The notes under the pieces were generated by a model that had not been told where the DNA came from, searched no databases, and saw nothing but the letters and a program-made list of their open reading frames with translations. A DNA stretch of 64,000 nt, taken from contig CALVLC010000049.1 in assembly GCA_944336335.1 (NCBI GenBank), positions 6,466-70,465 on the forward strand, given 5' to 3'. The DNA is from an uncultured Bacilli bacterium (GTDB taxonomy: Bacteria > Bacillota_I > Bacilli_A > RFN20 > CAG-826). Positions 29,681 through 40,877 of this stretch are shown here, piece after piece (within the stretch, counting starts at the first letter, position 1; each line of letters begins with the position of its first letter). The position numbers were made by a program, and so were the translations under genes.

Positions 29681-30649
29681 CTAATTAACATCATAAACAT
29701 CAAACTTATGCCACTCCTTACAAGTTTCAATGATTAATTTCTTGTAATAGTCGACATAAGCTGCGTCAACATGATTTAACTTAAAATCTTCGATTTTATC
29801 GTAACTTCTTTTATAAAATTTAGAAGCAAGTTCATAAATTGTATAAATCAAACTATCAAGCTCAGTTTTATTTTCTAAATAATCAGGCATTAACATTGGA
29901 TAAATTGATAAATATAAATCTAGTTCATAATCTAAAATACATTCATCTTCAGCAAGATTAGATAACTCAAGAATTACTTCGTTTTCAAGAAAATCTTCAT
30001 AATATTGTTTTGAGAATAAAAGTTCAGCTGGTGTGAAATTAAAATATTTGCCATCTCTTAAAAATAAATATTCATCGTTGTCTTGAAGTTCAACTAAACA
30101 ATCAAAAAGTAAAGCGTAAATTAAATTAAAAACGAGTCGATCTTTTAATAAACTTTTGACCTTTGGTAAGAATTTTTCTTCAATTTCATCTTCACTTAAC
30201 TCATCTTTAGCGAAAATAATGCATTCATAGATGACGTTAGGATCATCACTTTCTAAGCCTTCAAGATAATTTTCATGATTTACAATAAAAATTTTGTTTT
30301 GAATAGAAAGTTTATATTCAATGGTAAAATCGTCTAAATAATCATAATCTTTAGCCTTCAAAAAAGCATAAGAAGAAACTGATTCTAAATAAACAAGTAT
30401 TGTTCTATAAGGTAAATTTAATTTTTCACCTATCAAAACATAAAGATCTAAAGCTGCTTCAAATTTTGCAGACAAGAGCTCTATTTCGTTAATTCGATAT
30501 TCTCGATAAGCTTCTTTAACTTTTCCTAAATTTACAAGACTTCTAATCTTTAAAAAATTTGAATTCACATCCAAAATATTGTCAGCTTCTTCCACGACTT
30601 TTTGGTATTCCTCCTTTTTGTAAAGATCTAATAATTCTTGTAAATCCAT
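29681..30649 (-). CDS. Hypothetical acidic cytoplasmic protein (322 aa)
   Basis: Long ORF with good coding periodicity between uvrC and tig. No motif is recognisable to me. Confidence 0.45.
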   Translation of the reverse strand: MDLQELLDLYKKEEYQKVVEEADNILDVNSNFLKIRSLVNLGKVKEAYREYRINEIELLSAKFEAALDLYVLIGEKLNLPYRTILVYLESVSSYAFLKAKDYDYLDDFTIEYKLSIQNKIFIVNHENYLEGLESDDPNVIYECIIFAKDELSEDEIEEKFLPKVKSLLKDRLVFNLIYALLFDCLVELQDNDEYLFLRDGKYFNFTPAELLFSKQYYEDFLENEVILELSNLAEDECILDYELDLYLSIYPMLMPDYLENKTELDSLIYTIYELASKFYKRSYDKIEDFKLNHVDAAYVDYYKKLIIETCKEWHKFDVYDVN

Positions 30650-32419
30650 CTAATTAAGATTCCTTATCTTTTCATATAAAAGTTTAGCACTTTCTTTAGG
30701 AATTATTTGCTCTAATTCCTCAATTTTAGCGTTTTTAAGCTCGCTAATTGATGGATAAGCCTTAATTAACTGCTCCTTACGCTTATCTCCAATTCCATCG
30801 ATATCGTCAAAAATACTATTAAACATACTCTTGTTTCTCTTTTTTATATGTGTTGTGATTGCGTATCGGTGGACTTCATCTTGCATTCTAGTTAAGAGTA
30901 AGAATAACTTTTTCTCATCGTCTAGATAATATTCGTTAAATTGCTCATCCATTAATGCGCTGGTTCTATGTTTGCTAGTTTTAACAAGACCAGCTATCGC
31001 AAATGGTAAATTTAATTCTTTCTTTACTTCAAGAGCTACTTCTATTTGTCCTTTGCCACCATCAACAATAATTAAATCAGGCATTTCACCATTTTCTTCC
31101 TGAACTCTTTTATAGCGTCGAGTTAAGGTTTCTCTCATTGATGATAAGTCATCTTTTTTGTTAACTCCTTGAATATTAAATTTACGGTACAACTTTTTAT
31201 AAGGAATACCATTAATAAATACAACCATAGCCCCGATTGCGTTGGTTCCTTGTAGATGAGAATTATCAAAAAGTTCAATTCTACTTGGTGTTTTGATATG
31301 TAAAATCTCACCTAACTTATCAAGTAAATTAAGCACATCGTCGTCCAATTTGGCGGTTAAGAAATGTTCATCTAAGGCTTCTTTAGCATTTATTTCACAG
31401 GTATCTAAAACATCATGTAATTTACCTTTTGTTGGCGAAAAAACATTAGCGTTTTCAAAATATTCCATTAAATTATCTCGAATTTCATCGTTAGAAACAA
31501 TAATTTCGCTTGGAATTGAGTTAATAGAATAATATTGATAAATAATTTCACTTACAAATTCATTGATTTCACCAATTAATTCGTAGCAAAAACTTCTTTT
31601 TGAAAGTAAAATCCCTTGTCGATAAGAAAATAAAGCGATTGCAATGTAATTTTCTCTTGTATGAAACGAAAAAAAGTCACGATTGATTTTATCTTTAAAT
31701 TCAACAGTTTGTTTTTCAGTAATGTGATTTATGGCATCAAGCATCTTTTTATACTCTTGAGCACGTTCAAATTCTAATAATTCACTATGCTTTCTAATTT
31801 TTTCTTTAAGATCTTTTACTAAATCTTGATTTTTTCCTTTTAAAAAATCAGTGATATTATTAACGATTTCATCGTATTTTTCTCTTTCAACTTTTTGAAC
31901 ACAAGGCGCTAAACATTGCCCAATATGATAATAAAGACAAGGAGATTTTGGAACATTTCGACATTTTCGTAATGGAAAAAGCTTATTTATCAAATCTATG
32001 ACTTCAAAAGCAGCACTGCTATTTGGATAAGGACCAAAATAAACACATTTTTTGTCTTTAACATTTCTTGATAAACTCACATATGGATTTTCAATATTTT
32101 TATGAATTGCAATATATGGATAATGCTTATCATCCATAAGCAAAATATTGTAACGAGGATGATTCTTTTGAATAAGATTCATCTCAAGAATCAAAGCTTC
32201 TTTTTCGCTTTTTGTAATAATTGTTTCAAAATGGTCAACATGTGAGACCATCGCCGCTGTTTTACCTGAATGAGGACGTAAAAAATATTGTGAAACTCTT
32301 TTTTTAAGATTCTTTGCCTTGCCAATATAGATGATTTCGTCATCAATATTGTGCATTAAATAGCACCCAGGTTGATCTGGCAATAATTCTATTTGCTTTT
32401 TTAAGATATCATTCATCAT
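30650..32419 (-). CDS. uvrC: Excinuclease ABC subunit C
   Basis: 589 aa with N-terminal GIY-YIG (GCYLMHN...IIYIGKAKNLKKR), UvrBC-interaction and RNase H-like/HhH C-terminus. Confidence 0.9.
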   Translation of the reverse strand: MMNDILKKQIELLPDQPGCYLMHNIDDEIIYIGKAKNLKKRVSQYFLRPHSGKTAAMVSHVDHFETIITKSEKEALILEMNLIQKNHPRYNILLMDDKHYPYIAIHKNIENPYVSLSRNVKDKKCVYFGPYPNSSAAFEVIDLINKLFPLRKCRNVPKSPCLYYHIGQCLAPCVQKVEREKYDEIVNNITDFLKGKNQDLVKDLKEKIRKHSELLEFERAQEYKKMLDAINHITEKQTVEFKDKINRDFFSFHTRENYIAIALFSYRQGILLSKRSFCYELIGEINEFVSEIIYQYYSINSIPSEIIVSNDEIRDNLMEYFENANVFSPTKGKLHDVLDTCEINAKEALDEHFLTAKLDDDVLNLLDKLGEILHIKTPSRIELFDNSHLQGTNAIGAMVVFINGIPYKKLYRKFNIQGVNKKDDLSSMRETLTRRYKRVQEENGEMPDLIIVDGGKGQIEVALEVKKELNLPFAIAGLVKTSKHRTSALMDEQFNEYYLDDEKKLFLLLTRMQDEVHRYAITTHIKKRNKSMFNSIFDDIDGIGDKRKEQLIKAYPSISELKNAKIEELEQIIPKESAKLLYEKIRNLN

Positions 32420-34704
32420 TTTAATGTAACAATTGTTGATCCACTTCCACCATCAAGTTCTGATCCGATACGATAAGTATCGACATTTTTTCTATTTTTT
32501 AAGAAAGAATGGATTCCTTGACGAAGCTTTCCACTTCCATATCCATGAATAATTTTAACTTCTTTAAGACCTCTTAAAACGCAATCATCAAGATATTTAT
32601 CTAAAGTAATTAAAGCATCATCAACTCTATAACCGATTAAATTTAAAGAAGATGATACTTGTTTTTGACCTAAGATAAATTTATCAGCATTTATCGTTGG
32701 TTTTATGCTTTCTTTTGGGGCTTCAATAATTTCACATTGATCTTTTGTAGCATTTAAGGTAAAGCCATCACTAGTTAAAATACGTAATTTAGCACCATTT
32801 TCAGATGCTACTTTACCACTTATATTTAATGATTTAATTGTGACATAATTTCCAACAGTAATATTTTCGTTTTTCTTCTTTTTGACGTTAATCTTATCAA
32901 GCTTTTCTTCGGCCTTTTTAATATCTTTGTCTTTTAAGAAAGCATTATAAATGTTGCTAATTTCGTTATATTTATCATTTAAGAAAACATCGAATTTATC
33001 GATCTTTTGGTTCTTTAATTTATTTTCTTTTTCTTTGATTTCTTTCTCTTTACGCAATAAATCTTCTTTTAATTTCCACAAGCTATCTTGTCTTTGTTTA
33101 AGCTTTTCATCTTTAGTCGCAAGATATCTTTCTTTCTCATCTAAGGCATGAAGCTTTTTATCGTCTTCGCTAGCAAATGAATTGTCATAAATTTTCTTAG
33201 CGTCAGCTATTAGTTCACTTGGCAAACCAAATTTTTTGCCAATTAAGAAACCATAACTTTTACCACTTACACCAAGTAAAATTTTGAAAGTTGGTGTTAC
33301 ATTTTTCTCATTAAAAATAAAAGAGGCATTTAAAATTTGCTTGTTTGTAAGACCATATTTTTTGAGTAATTCGTAGTGGGATGTAACTAAGCACAAGGCT
33401 CTAACTTTTAAGAGTTGTTTGACTATAGCAACGGCTAAAGCCTCGCCTTCTTTAGGATCTGTGCCCGTACAAAGCTCATCAATAACTACTAAATCATTAC
33501 TAGTTATCGACTGAATAATTACTGAAACATTACTAATATGTGCAGAAAAGGTACTTAAATTGCTTTCTATGGATTGACTATCCCCTATATCGACATATAT
33601 CTTATCAAAGATACAAATTTCACTATCTATCCCAACTGGAATGGCTAAACCAAGCTTAACCATATAGGCACAAATGGCTATTGTTTTAAGCGCAATAGTT
33701 TTTCCACCAGCATTAGGTCCACTTATGATCATAAGTGTTTTATCTTTACCTAAAATATAGTCGTTTGCTACACAAACATTTTTATCTATAAGAGGATGTT
33801 TTGCATTGTAGAGTTTGAAATAGTGTTCGTTATTTAAAACTGGAATATTGGCATCGATTTCTTTAGCGTATTTTGCTTTCGAAGAAAGGAAATCAAGCTC
33901 GCCAAGTATTTCACTGTTGTTGATTAATTCGTTGCCTGCTTCAACTACTTTTGTTGTTAAAGCGAATAAAATCTTGTTTACTTCATCTCTTTCTTTCAAA
34001 CGTAGAACCGCTAATTGATTTTCAAGTTCTAAAATCTCTTTTGGTTCAATAAATGTTGTTTGACCACTATCTGAAATATCTTGAACAATTCCATCAATTG
34101 AACCCTTATAAGATGAATTAACTGGAATTGCATAATGACCATTTCTTAAAACAAAATTATCACCTGATAATTTATCTTTATACTTAGCAAAAATATTGTT
34201 TAACGATGAATGGATATATTTATTTACACTATAAATATTTTTTCTTATATTGCTTAATTCTTTTGAAGCACTATCTTTTACTGTATTTTCAGGAGAAATT
34301 GCACTAGAAATTGCATTATAAAGAAGTTCATTAGCCTTTAAAGACATGAACAATTCATTCAAAAAGTTAAGGTCTTCTTTTATTTTTAATGAATATTTTA
34401 TTACATCAACTGTGGTTTGAATTTCTTGTTTAATGGCGTTTAAAGTTATTTCGTTAAATACATTACCTTTTTTAGCGTACGATATTTCTTCATACATATC
34501 AATTTCGCTAAGAATAGGAAAATCATTGTAAATTGATAAAACTTCAATGGTTTCTTTTAACTTATTTAGTTCTTTTGCAATAAATTTGAAATCACTAGAT
34601 GGTTTTAAGTTTTCTATTTTATCTTTACCTACTTTTGTTTTTGAATATTCTTTTATCTTATCTTTAATCTTTGATATCTCTAATACTTCTTCTATATTTT
34701 TCAT
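32416..34704 (-). CDS. mutS2: Endonuclease MutS2 (MutS domain plus C-terminal Smr)
   Basis: 762 aa with Walker A GPNAGGKT and a C-terminal Smr domain (GYRVDDALITLDKYLDDC). Confidence 0.9.
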   Translation of the reverse strand: MKNIEEVLEISKIKDKIKEYSKTKVGKDKIENLKPSSDFKFIAKELNKLKETIEVLSIYNDFPILSEIDMYEEISYAKKGNVFNEITLNAIKQEIQTTVDVIKYSLKIKEDLNFLNELFMSLKANELLYNAISSAISPENTVKDSASKELSNIRKNIYSVNKYIHSSLNNIFAKYKDKLSGDNFVLRNGHYAIPVNSSYKGSIDGIVQDISDSGQTTFIEPKEILELENQLAVLRLKERDEVNKILFALTTKVVEAGNELINNSEILGELDFLSSKAKYAKEIDANIPVLNNEHYFKLYNAKHPLIDKNVCVANDYILGKDKTLMIISGPNAGGKTIALKTIAICAYMVKLGLAIPVGIDSEICIFDKIYVDIGDSQSIESNLSTFSAHISNVSVIIQSITSNDLVVIDELCTGTDPKEGEALAVAIVKQLLKVRALCLVTSHYELLKKYGLTNKQILNASFIFNEKNVTPTFKILLGVSGKSYGFLIGKKFGLPSELIADAKKIYDNSFASEDDKKLHALDEKERYLATKDEKLKQRQDSLWKLKEDLLRKEKEIKEKENKLKNQKIDKFDVFLNDKYNEISNIYNAFLKDKDIKKAEEKLDKINVKKKKNENITVGNYVTIKSLNISGKVASENGAKLRILTSDGFTLNATKDQCEIIEAPKESIKPTINADKFILGQKQVSSSLNLIGYRVDDALITLDKYLDDCVLRGLKEVKIIHGYGSGKLRQGIHSFLKNRKNVDTYRIGSELDGGSGSTIVTLK

Positions 34705-34796
34705 AAATTAATCTTTTCCTAAAAATTTTAACAATATTTTTTTCGATTATTATCATATTTTTTTACAATTTTAATTAAAATGTTATAATTAATTAA

Positions 34797-35729
34797 ATGA
34801 TAACAATAAAGGTAACCAAAAATAACCTCGAAAACCTTGAAAAAACCTATTTTAATTATATCGTAGAAAGAAACATCGGATATATTCTTTTTGTTGCTAA
34901 AACTGACAAAAATATCATTACTGCCTACGACAATAAAAAGGGTAATAACTTTAAGGTTACAATTCAAGGAGAAAATACGCTTGAACTTGCAGAAAAATGG
35001 TCCAATTCTCCTGCTACTTTACCTAAGAAAACCAAGGAATATGCAGTTCCAATTGTTTATTTGGATGTTGATGAACAAATAGGTAGCGATGAAGTTGGAA
35101 CTGGTGATTTTTTTGGTCCTATTGTCGTTTGTGCTTGCTATGCTAATCACGATACGATGAAAGTCATTGAAGATTATAAAATTACTGATTCTAAAAAGAT
35201 GTCTGATCAAAAAATTCTTCAAGTCGTTCCTTCAATTCTTAAAAAAGTCCACTTCACTTGCAAAATATTTAGTGATGAGAAATACAACATGGCAATTAAA
35301 CGTGGCTATAACATGAATCAAATTAAAGCTTTGGCTCATAATTATGTTCTTGATAAATTACATAAACGCTGTCCATACGTTAAAAACATTTATGTTGATC
35401 AATTCACACCTGAAACTAAATATTACGAATATTTGAGTTCTCTTTCTCCGGAAAATGTCCAAAAAAATATCGTTTTTAGAGAAAAAGGCGAACTTTGTTT
35501 CCCTAGTGTAGCTCTAGCTAGTAATATTGCAAGATATACATTCCTACAATGTATGGATGAATTAGGCAAAAAATATGGCGTAAAAATACCATTAGGTGCT
35601 GGTAAAGAGGCTAACGAATTTGCTAAAAAGTTTGTTAAAAAGTTTGGTGCAGAAGAATTTAACAAAATCGTTAAACAAAACTTTAAAAATTATAGCGAAG
35701 TCTTAAATGATTCTACTCCACTCGTTTAA
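34797..35729 (+). CDS. rnhC: Ribonuclease HIII
   Basis: 310 aa with an N-terminal TBP-like domain and a catalytic DEVGTGD RNase HII/HIII motif. Confidence 0.85.
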   Translation: MITIKVTKNNLENLEKTYFNYIVERNIGYILFVAKTDKNIITAYDNKKGNNFKVTIQGENTLELAEKWSNSPATLPKKTKEYAVPIVYLDVDEQIGSDEVGTGDFFGPIVVCACYANHDTMKVIEDYKITDSKKMSDQKILQVVPSILKKVHFTCKIFSDEKYNMAIKRGYNMNQIKALAHNYVLDKLHKRCPYVKNIYVDQFTPETKYYEYLSSLSPENVQKNIVFREKGELCFPSVALASNIARYTFLQCMDELGKKYGVKIPLGAGKEANEFAKKFVKKFGAEEFNKIVKQNFKNYSEVLNDSTPLV

Positions 35730-36637
35730 TGCTCTAATTTAACTAAAACATCTTTAAAATATTGAGGTAAGTCTGTTTCTAAACTTATCTCTTTTTTTAA
35801 TATTGGGTGATAAAAAGTGAGTTTATAAGCGTGTAGCATTTGTCCTTCGTTATATAAACTACAACTTCCACCATATAATTTATCGCCAACAAGAGGATGA
35901 TTTATCGATGATAAATGAACTCTAATTTGATGAGTTCGGCCTGTTTCGAGTTTGCATTTAATCAATGTATAATTTGAATAGCGTTTCAAAACTTCAAAAT
36001 GAGTAACTGCATTTTTCCCGTTTTGATTATCAATCGCCATCTTTAAACGATTGTTTTTATCACGTCCTATTTTACCAATAATTTTGCCATTATCTGTTTG
36101 GATAATCCCATCAGTTAATGCGACATATTCTCTATGCATTGAATGGTCTTCGAGCTGCTTCGCAATCTCTTTATGAGTGTAATCATCTTTACAAATTAAT
36201 AAAAGCCCACTGGTGTCTTTGTCAATTCGATGAACAATCCCAATACGTTCTAATCCATTAACTTTTGATAGTTGTTTTTTAGCATAAATTAAGGCATTAA
36301 CTAGTGTATCATTATGATGTCCATCTCCTGGATGAACCACTAATCCTTTAGGCTTATTGATAACTAATAAATAATCATCTTCATAAACAATATCTAAATT
36401 AAACGCATATGGTAATAAGTCAGTATTAGATTCTTTTTGGACATAATTTACCAAAACTACATCATTTTCTTTTACTTTATATGATGGGGAAATGTACTGA
36501 TTATTTACTAGAATACTACTATTTTTGATTAAATTGGCAAAATATACGCGAGAATAAGCTGAATCTAAAAGAGTTAAGGCCTTATCAAGCCTTAACCCTT
36601 CTAATTTCTTTTCAATAATAAAAGTCTTACTATTCAT
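35726..36637 (-). CDS. rluD: 23S rRNA pseudouridine synthase, RluA/RluD family
   Basis: 303 aa with S4 domain N-terminus and catalytic HRIDKDTSGLL motif. Sits in the lspA-rluD arrangement as in Bacillota. Confidence 0.85.
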   Translation of the reverse strand: MNSKTFIIEKKLEGLRLDKALTLLDSAYSRVYFANLIKNSSILVNNQYISPSYKVKENDVVLVNYVQKESNTDLLPYAFNLDIVYEDDYLLVINKPKGLVVHPGDGHHNDTLVNALIYAKKQLSKVNGLERIGIVHRIDKDTSGLLLICKDDYTHKEIAKQLEDHSMHREYVALTDGIIQTDNGKIIGKIGRDKNNRLKMAIDNQNGKNAVTHFEVLKRYSNYTLIKCKLETGRTHQIRVHLSSINHPLVGDKLYGGSCSLYNEGQMLHAYKLTFYHPILKKEISLETDLPQYFKDVLVKLEH

Positions 36638-37259
36638 TAACTTTTGTTTCTTCTTGAGATTCTTTTTTCTCAGTTTCTTCTATCTTTTTAACAGCTTCTT
36701 TATGAGTTTTATCTTCTTTTGAAGATTTATATTCATCATAAATTAAGTAAACAAGTAATAATAAAATTCCAACAACTAAACAAGAATCAGCAATGTTAAA
36801 AATACCAAATCCTGGAAGCCAAGATTGAACAGAGATAAAATCAACTACTCCTCTATCAAAAAAGAATGTACGGTCGATTAAATTACCGACATCTCCGCCT
36901 AAAATTAAAGCGAGACATACTCCAAAGAATGGATTAATTTTCTTATCTTTGTAGATTAAATATCCCACATAGATTAATAATCCAACAGCAACAAGCCAAG
37001 ATAATAAAACAAAGATAATTCTAATCCAAAGAGCATCATCACCCATTCCAAAAGCAGCACCTTTGTTATAAACAAGTGTGAATTCAATAAAATTAGGAAT
37101 GAAAGTAACTGGCTCACCTAAAACTAGGCTATTCATCGCAACAACTTTTGTTACTTGATCAATAACAATTGAAGCAATAACAATAGCGAAAAAATAAATG
37201 AAGAAAACAAGATACTTTTTAAAGTTTATTTTCTTAATGCTTTCAAGCATCTTGGACAT
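36630..37259 (-). CDS. lspA: Lipoprotein signal peptidase II
   Basis: 209 aa polytopic membrane protein with the conserved ...NKGAAFG... / ...FNIADS... SPase II boxes. Confidence 0.85.
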   Translation of the reverse strand: MSKMLESIKKINFKKYLVFFIYFFAIVIASIVIDQVTKVVAMNSLVLGEPVTFIPNFIEFTLVYNKGAAFGMGDDALWIRIIFVLLSWLVAVGLLIYVGYLIYKDKKINPFFGVCLALILGGDVGNLIDRTFFFDRGVVDFISVQSWLPGFGIFNIADSCLVVGILLLLVYLIYDEYKSSKEDKTHKEAVKKIEETEKKESQEETKVNE

Positions 37260-39973
37260 AAATGTGCTCCTTCAACTTCTTTAATTTCGCTTTCGTCAAA
37301 ATAGTTCCAACATCTATCGCATTTTACGCCTGCGTGTTTTGTGACTTTTGAACAAGTTAATTTACTTTCATTTTCTTTTAAATTTTCATCAAAATTAACT
37401 TCACTAACAATGAATAATCTAGCAAGTTCCTCATTTGAGAAGTTTTTAATTTCTTCTTTTAAAGCTTCATCTTTAATATTTAAAGTTAATAAAGATTCTT
37501 GTGCACTTCCAATTTCGCCTTTATTTCTAGCATTTTCGAGTGTTTTAAGAGCTTCATCTCTAAATTCTTTGATTAGTTTGTATTTTTCTAATAATTTAGA
37601 ATCAAAGTTATTGCTCTTTTTAGGATATTCATAGAACATGACGTTATCTTTACTTCTTAATGGGTAATTTTGGTTAACTTCATCCATTGTAAATGGAATA
37701 ATTGGATTTAATAAACGCATTAAAGTAAAACAACATTCATTTAAAACAGTTTGAACTTGTCTTCTTCTTAAACTGCCTTTTTCTTCGCAATATAAGATAT
37801 CTTTTGCAATATCTAAATAGAAACTACTTAAATCATCGCTTAAGAATTTTAAGATTTCGCTAGTTCCACTGATGAAATTATATTGATCCATTGAATCGAT
37901 AACTTTATTTTTGACTTCTTCAAGTCTTGCAAGGATAAATTTATCAACTTCTTCAAATGTATCGACTTTATCTTCTTCTTTGAATGTATCTTCAAGGCTT
38001 CCGTTAGATAAATTACCAAGAATAAATCTAAATGTATTTCTAATTTTTCTATATTGATCACTGATTGTTTTTACAATAGTTTCAGAAATTCTAACATCTT
38101 GCTGATAATCAGTTAATGCAGCCCATAAACGTAAGACATCCGCACCATAAACACCAATAATCTTTAATGGATCGAGTCCGTTTCCCTTAGATTTTGACAT
38201 CTTTTCCCAGTGTTCATCCATAACAAAACCATGTGAAACACATTGTTTATATGGTGATTTACCAGTTGTAGCTAGTGAAACGATTAAAGATGAGTTAAAC
38301 CAACCACGATATTGGTCACTCCCTTCAAGGTATAAATCGGCTGGATATTTTAAATTTCTTTCTTTTAAAACACCAGACCAGCTAGAACCACTATCAAACC
38401 AAACATCCATGATATCTTTTTCTTTTTTGAAGATTCCATTTGGTGAATGTTCATTAGTATAACCTTCTGGTAATAATTCTTTTTCAGTTAATTTGTACCA
38501 AATATTACTGCCATTTTCTCTAACTAACTTTTCAATATGGTCAAATACTTCTTTTTCAAGAATTGGTGTGCCATCTTCACAATAAATAACAGGAATTGGA
38601 ACACCCCAAATTCTTTGACGTGAAATACACCAATCAGCACGATCTTTAATCATGTTGACCATTCTATTTTCGCCCCAAGCTGGACTCCACTTAACTTCGT
38701 GAATAGCTTTAATTAAATCTTCTCTAATTGGTTCAATTGAACAGAACCATTGTGGAGTCGCTCTAAAAATGACTGGTTTATGTGTTCTCCAATCGTGAGG
38801 ATAAGAGTGAACAATGTCTTTTTCAGCAAGTAAATGTCCGTTTTCGTTTAAAATTGCTAAGACTTCTTTGTTTGCGTCTTCATAGAATTTTCCAGCAAGA
38901 CGAGGTCCACAATCTTCCATCATGTAGCCATGTTCATCAACTGGACAATATGGTTTAATACCATATTTTAAACAAACTAAATAGTCATCCATACCATGAC
39001 CTGGAGCAATATGAACAAGACCAGTACCGCTATCTGCTGTAACGTAATCTCCTAAAATCATTAAAGATTCACGATCGTAGAAAGGATGTTTTAAGACAAT
39101 GCCTTCTAATTCTGAGCCTTTAATTGTCTTGATTAATTCACATTTTGTTAAGCCAAGTTCTACTTGTAATGTACTAGATAACTCCTGAAGAAATACTAAT
39201 TTACCACTAGAAGTATCAAAAACGCCATATTCGAAGTCTGGGTTAGCACAAACAGCAAGGTTTGCAGGAAGTGTCCATGGAGTTGTTGTCCAAATCAAAA
39301 CTTTGGTATCTTGGTCTAATAAACCTTTGCCGTCTTTAACATCAAACTTAACGTAGATTGTATATGATTTAACATCAGCATATTCTATCTCAGCCTCCGC
39401 TAAAGCACTTTCACTACTTGGTGACCAATAAACTGGTTTTAATCCTTTATAGATTAATCCCTTTTCAGCCATAACGGCAAAACAATGAATTTCGTTAGCT
39501 TCAAATTCAGGTAATAAAGTTAAATATGGATGATCATAATCGCCTAATGCACCAAGACGCTTAATATCACTTTTTTGTTTTTCAACTTGAGTTAAAGCGT
39601 ATTCTCTACATTTTTCTCTAAATTCGAAAATTGGAGTTGTTTTTCTGTTAACACCACTTTTTGTAACCATATTTTCAATTGGTAAACCATGTGTATCCCA
39701 ACCAAAAACAAATGGTGTTTTAAAACCAGACATATTTTTGTATCTAACGACGAAATCTTTTAAGACTCTGTTTAACATATGTCCACAATGCATTGCACCA
39801 TTTGCATATGGTGGACCATCGTGAAGCATAAATTCGAGGTCTTTGCCTTCGTTCATCTTTTCATAAATATGTTCATTTGCCCATTTTTCAACAAGAACAG
39901 GTTCTTTTTTAGCAAGATTACCTCTCATTTCGAAATTTGTTTTTGGCATTAATAATGAATTTTTAACTTCCAT
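37226..39973 (-). CDS. ileS: Isoleucyl-tRNA synthetase
   Basis: 915 aa with HIGH (PPYANGAMHCGHML) and KMSKS motifs and a C-terminal Zn-finger CxxC pair. Confidence 0.95.
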   Translation of the reverse strand: MEVKNSLLMPKTNFEMRGNLAKKEPVLVEKWANEHIYEKMNEGKDLEFMLHDGPPYANGAMHCGHMLNRVLKDFVVRYKNMSGFKTPFVFGWDTHGLPIENMVTKSGVNRKTTPIFEFREKCREYALTQVEKQKSDIKRLGALGDYDHPYLTLLPEFEANEIHCFAVMAEKGLIYKGLKPVYWSPSSESALAEAEIEYADVKSYTIYVKFDVKDGKGLLDQDTKVLIWTTTPWTLPANLAVCANPDFEYGVFDTSSGKLVFLQELSSTLQVELGLTKCELIKTIKGSELEGIVLKHPFYDRESLMILGDYVTADSGTGLVHIAPGHGMDDYLVCLKYGIKPYCPVDEHGYMMEDCGPRLAGKFYEDANKEVLAILNENGHLLAEKDIVHSYPHDWRTHKPVIFRATPQWFCSIEPIREDLIKAIHEVKWSPAWGENRMVNMIKDRADWCISRQRIWGVPIPVIYCEDGTPILEKEVFDHIEKLVRENGSNIWYKLTEKELLPEGYTNEHSPNGIFKKEKDIMDVWFDSGSSWSGVLKERNLKYPADLYLEGSDQYRGWFNSSLIVSLATTGKSPYKQCVSHGFVMDEHWEKMSKSKGNGLDPLKIIGVYGADVLRLWAALTDYQQDVRISETIVKTISDQYRKIRNTFRFILGNLSNGSLEDTFKEEDKVDTFEEVDKFILARLEEVKNKVIDSMDQYNFISGTSEILKFLSDDLSSFYLDIAKDILYCEEKGSLRRRQVQTVLNECCFTLMRLLNPIIPFTMDEVNQNYPLRSKDNVMFYEYPKKSNNFDSKLLEKYKLIKEFRDEALKTLENARNKGEIGSAQESLLTLNIKDEALKEEIKNFSNEELARLFIVSEVNFDENLKENESKLTCSKVTKHAGVKCDRCWNYFDESEIKEVEGAHLCPRCLKALRK

Positions 39974-39988
39974 AACAACTCCTTATAA

Positions 39989-40240
39989 TAAAAAAATCCT
40001 TAGAATATCTAAGGACGAATTACCGCGTTACCACCTTAGTTCATCTATTTTAAATAGATGCACTCATAGAAATGTAAAATACTTATAGAAAGTGATACCT
40101 TTAAATTTTTATTGTTACCTTTCACCATACGTAACTCGCTAAGAATAAATCAGATTTAAAGACTTGTCTTTCAACTGCTAATATGTTAAATATTTTTGCA
40201 CTTTTTTTCAATCAATTAAATAAATATTTGTGCTACTTCT
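39989..40240 (-). promoter_or_regulatory. T-box riboswitch leader of ileS (terminator/antiterminator plus T-box sequence; putative AUC specifier)
   Basis: The reverse-strand read contains AACTAAGGTGGTAACGCGG, close to the T-box consensus AAnnnGGGTGGnACCGCG. It is followed by the hairpin TCCTTAGATATTCTAAGGA plus a U7 tract, then AAGGAG and ATG. Confidence 0.7.
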
Positions 40241-40261
40241 TTAAAGGTTTAAAATAATTTT

Positions 40262-40804
40262 ATGGTAAGTAGAACTTTTGAAAAAATTATTGGTTTAATG
40301 GAGCTAAAAGGTGTTTCTAAAGAACAATTTTTAACTGATTTAAAAATTGATGAAGAAAAATTTAATGCATGGGCAAATGGCATGCCAATATCTGATGATG
40401 AACTTTTAGAAATTGCAAAATATTTAGGTGTTACTTTTGATTTCTTTACCTTTAATGCAGCTAGCGATGAAAAAGGCAAAGCAAAAAGAAAATCAAATTC
40501 TAGCGTTATGGATAAAGTAAACGATTTATATGATGAAAAATATGCTGAAAGTAAAGAGAACCAAAGTTTTTCATCGAAGATTTTCGGAAATAGTGATGGA
40601 TTAAATAACGCACAAAAAACTATTTCAAAAGTAATAACAATTATTACTGTTTTAGTTTTTATTGGTTTATTTATCTATTTCTGTATTCAAATTACAACAA
40701 CATCTGGCGAAAATAGTTTTATTAATGGTTTCTTAATCGTCTTTGGCATACTTGTTTTAATCATAATTATCACTACTCTTATTAGAGTATTTAAGAAAAA
40801 ATAA
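40262..40804 (+). CDS. Membrane-anchored XRE-family (Cro/CI-type HTH) transcriptional regulator
   Basis: N-terminal HTH_3-like segment (LKGVSKEQFLTDL...LLEIAKYLGVTFDFF) and two C-terminal TM helices. 180 aa. Confidence 0.6.
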   Translation: MVSRTFEKIIGLMELKGVSKEQFLTDLKIDEEKFNAWANGMPISDDELLEIAKYLGVTFDFFTFNAASDEKGKAKRKSNSSVMDKVNDLYDEKYAESKENQSFSSKIFGNSDGLNNAQKTISKVITIITVLVFIGLFIYFCIQITTTSGENSFINGFLIVFGILVLIIIITTLIRVFKKK

Positions 40805-40822
40805 ATTAAACCTTCTGAACCT

Positions 40823-40852
40823 AAAAAGAGGATCATATTGGTCCTCTTTTTT
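40823..40852. terminator. Bidirectional rho-independent terminator between the XRE gene (+) and the acetolactate decarboxylase gene (-)
   Basis: AAAAAGAGGA-tcatattg-GTCCTCTTTTTT, a stem flanked by an A-run and a T-run. Confidence 0.7.
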
Positions 40853-40877
40853 GGATATATAGGAAATGGGTACTATT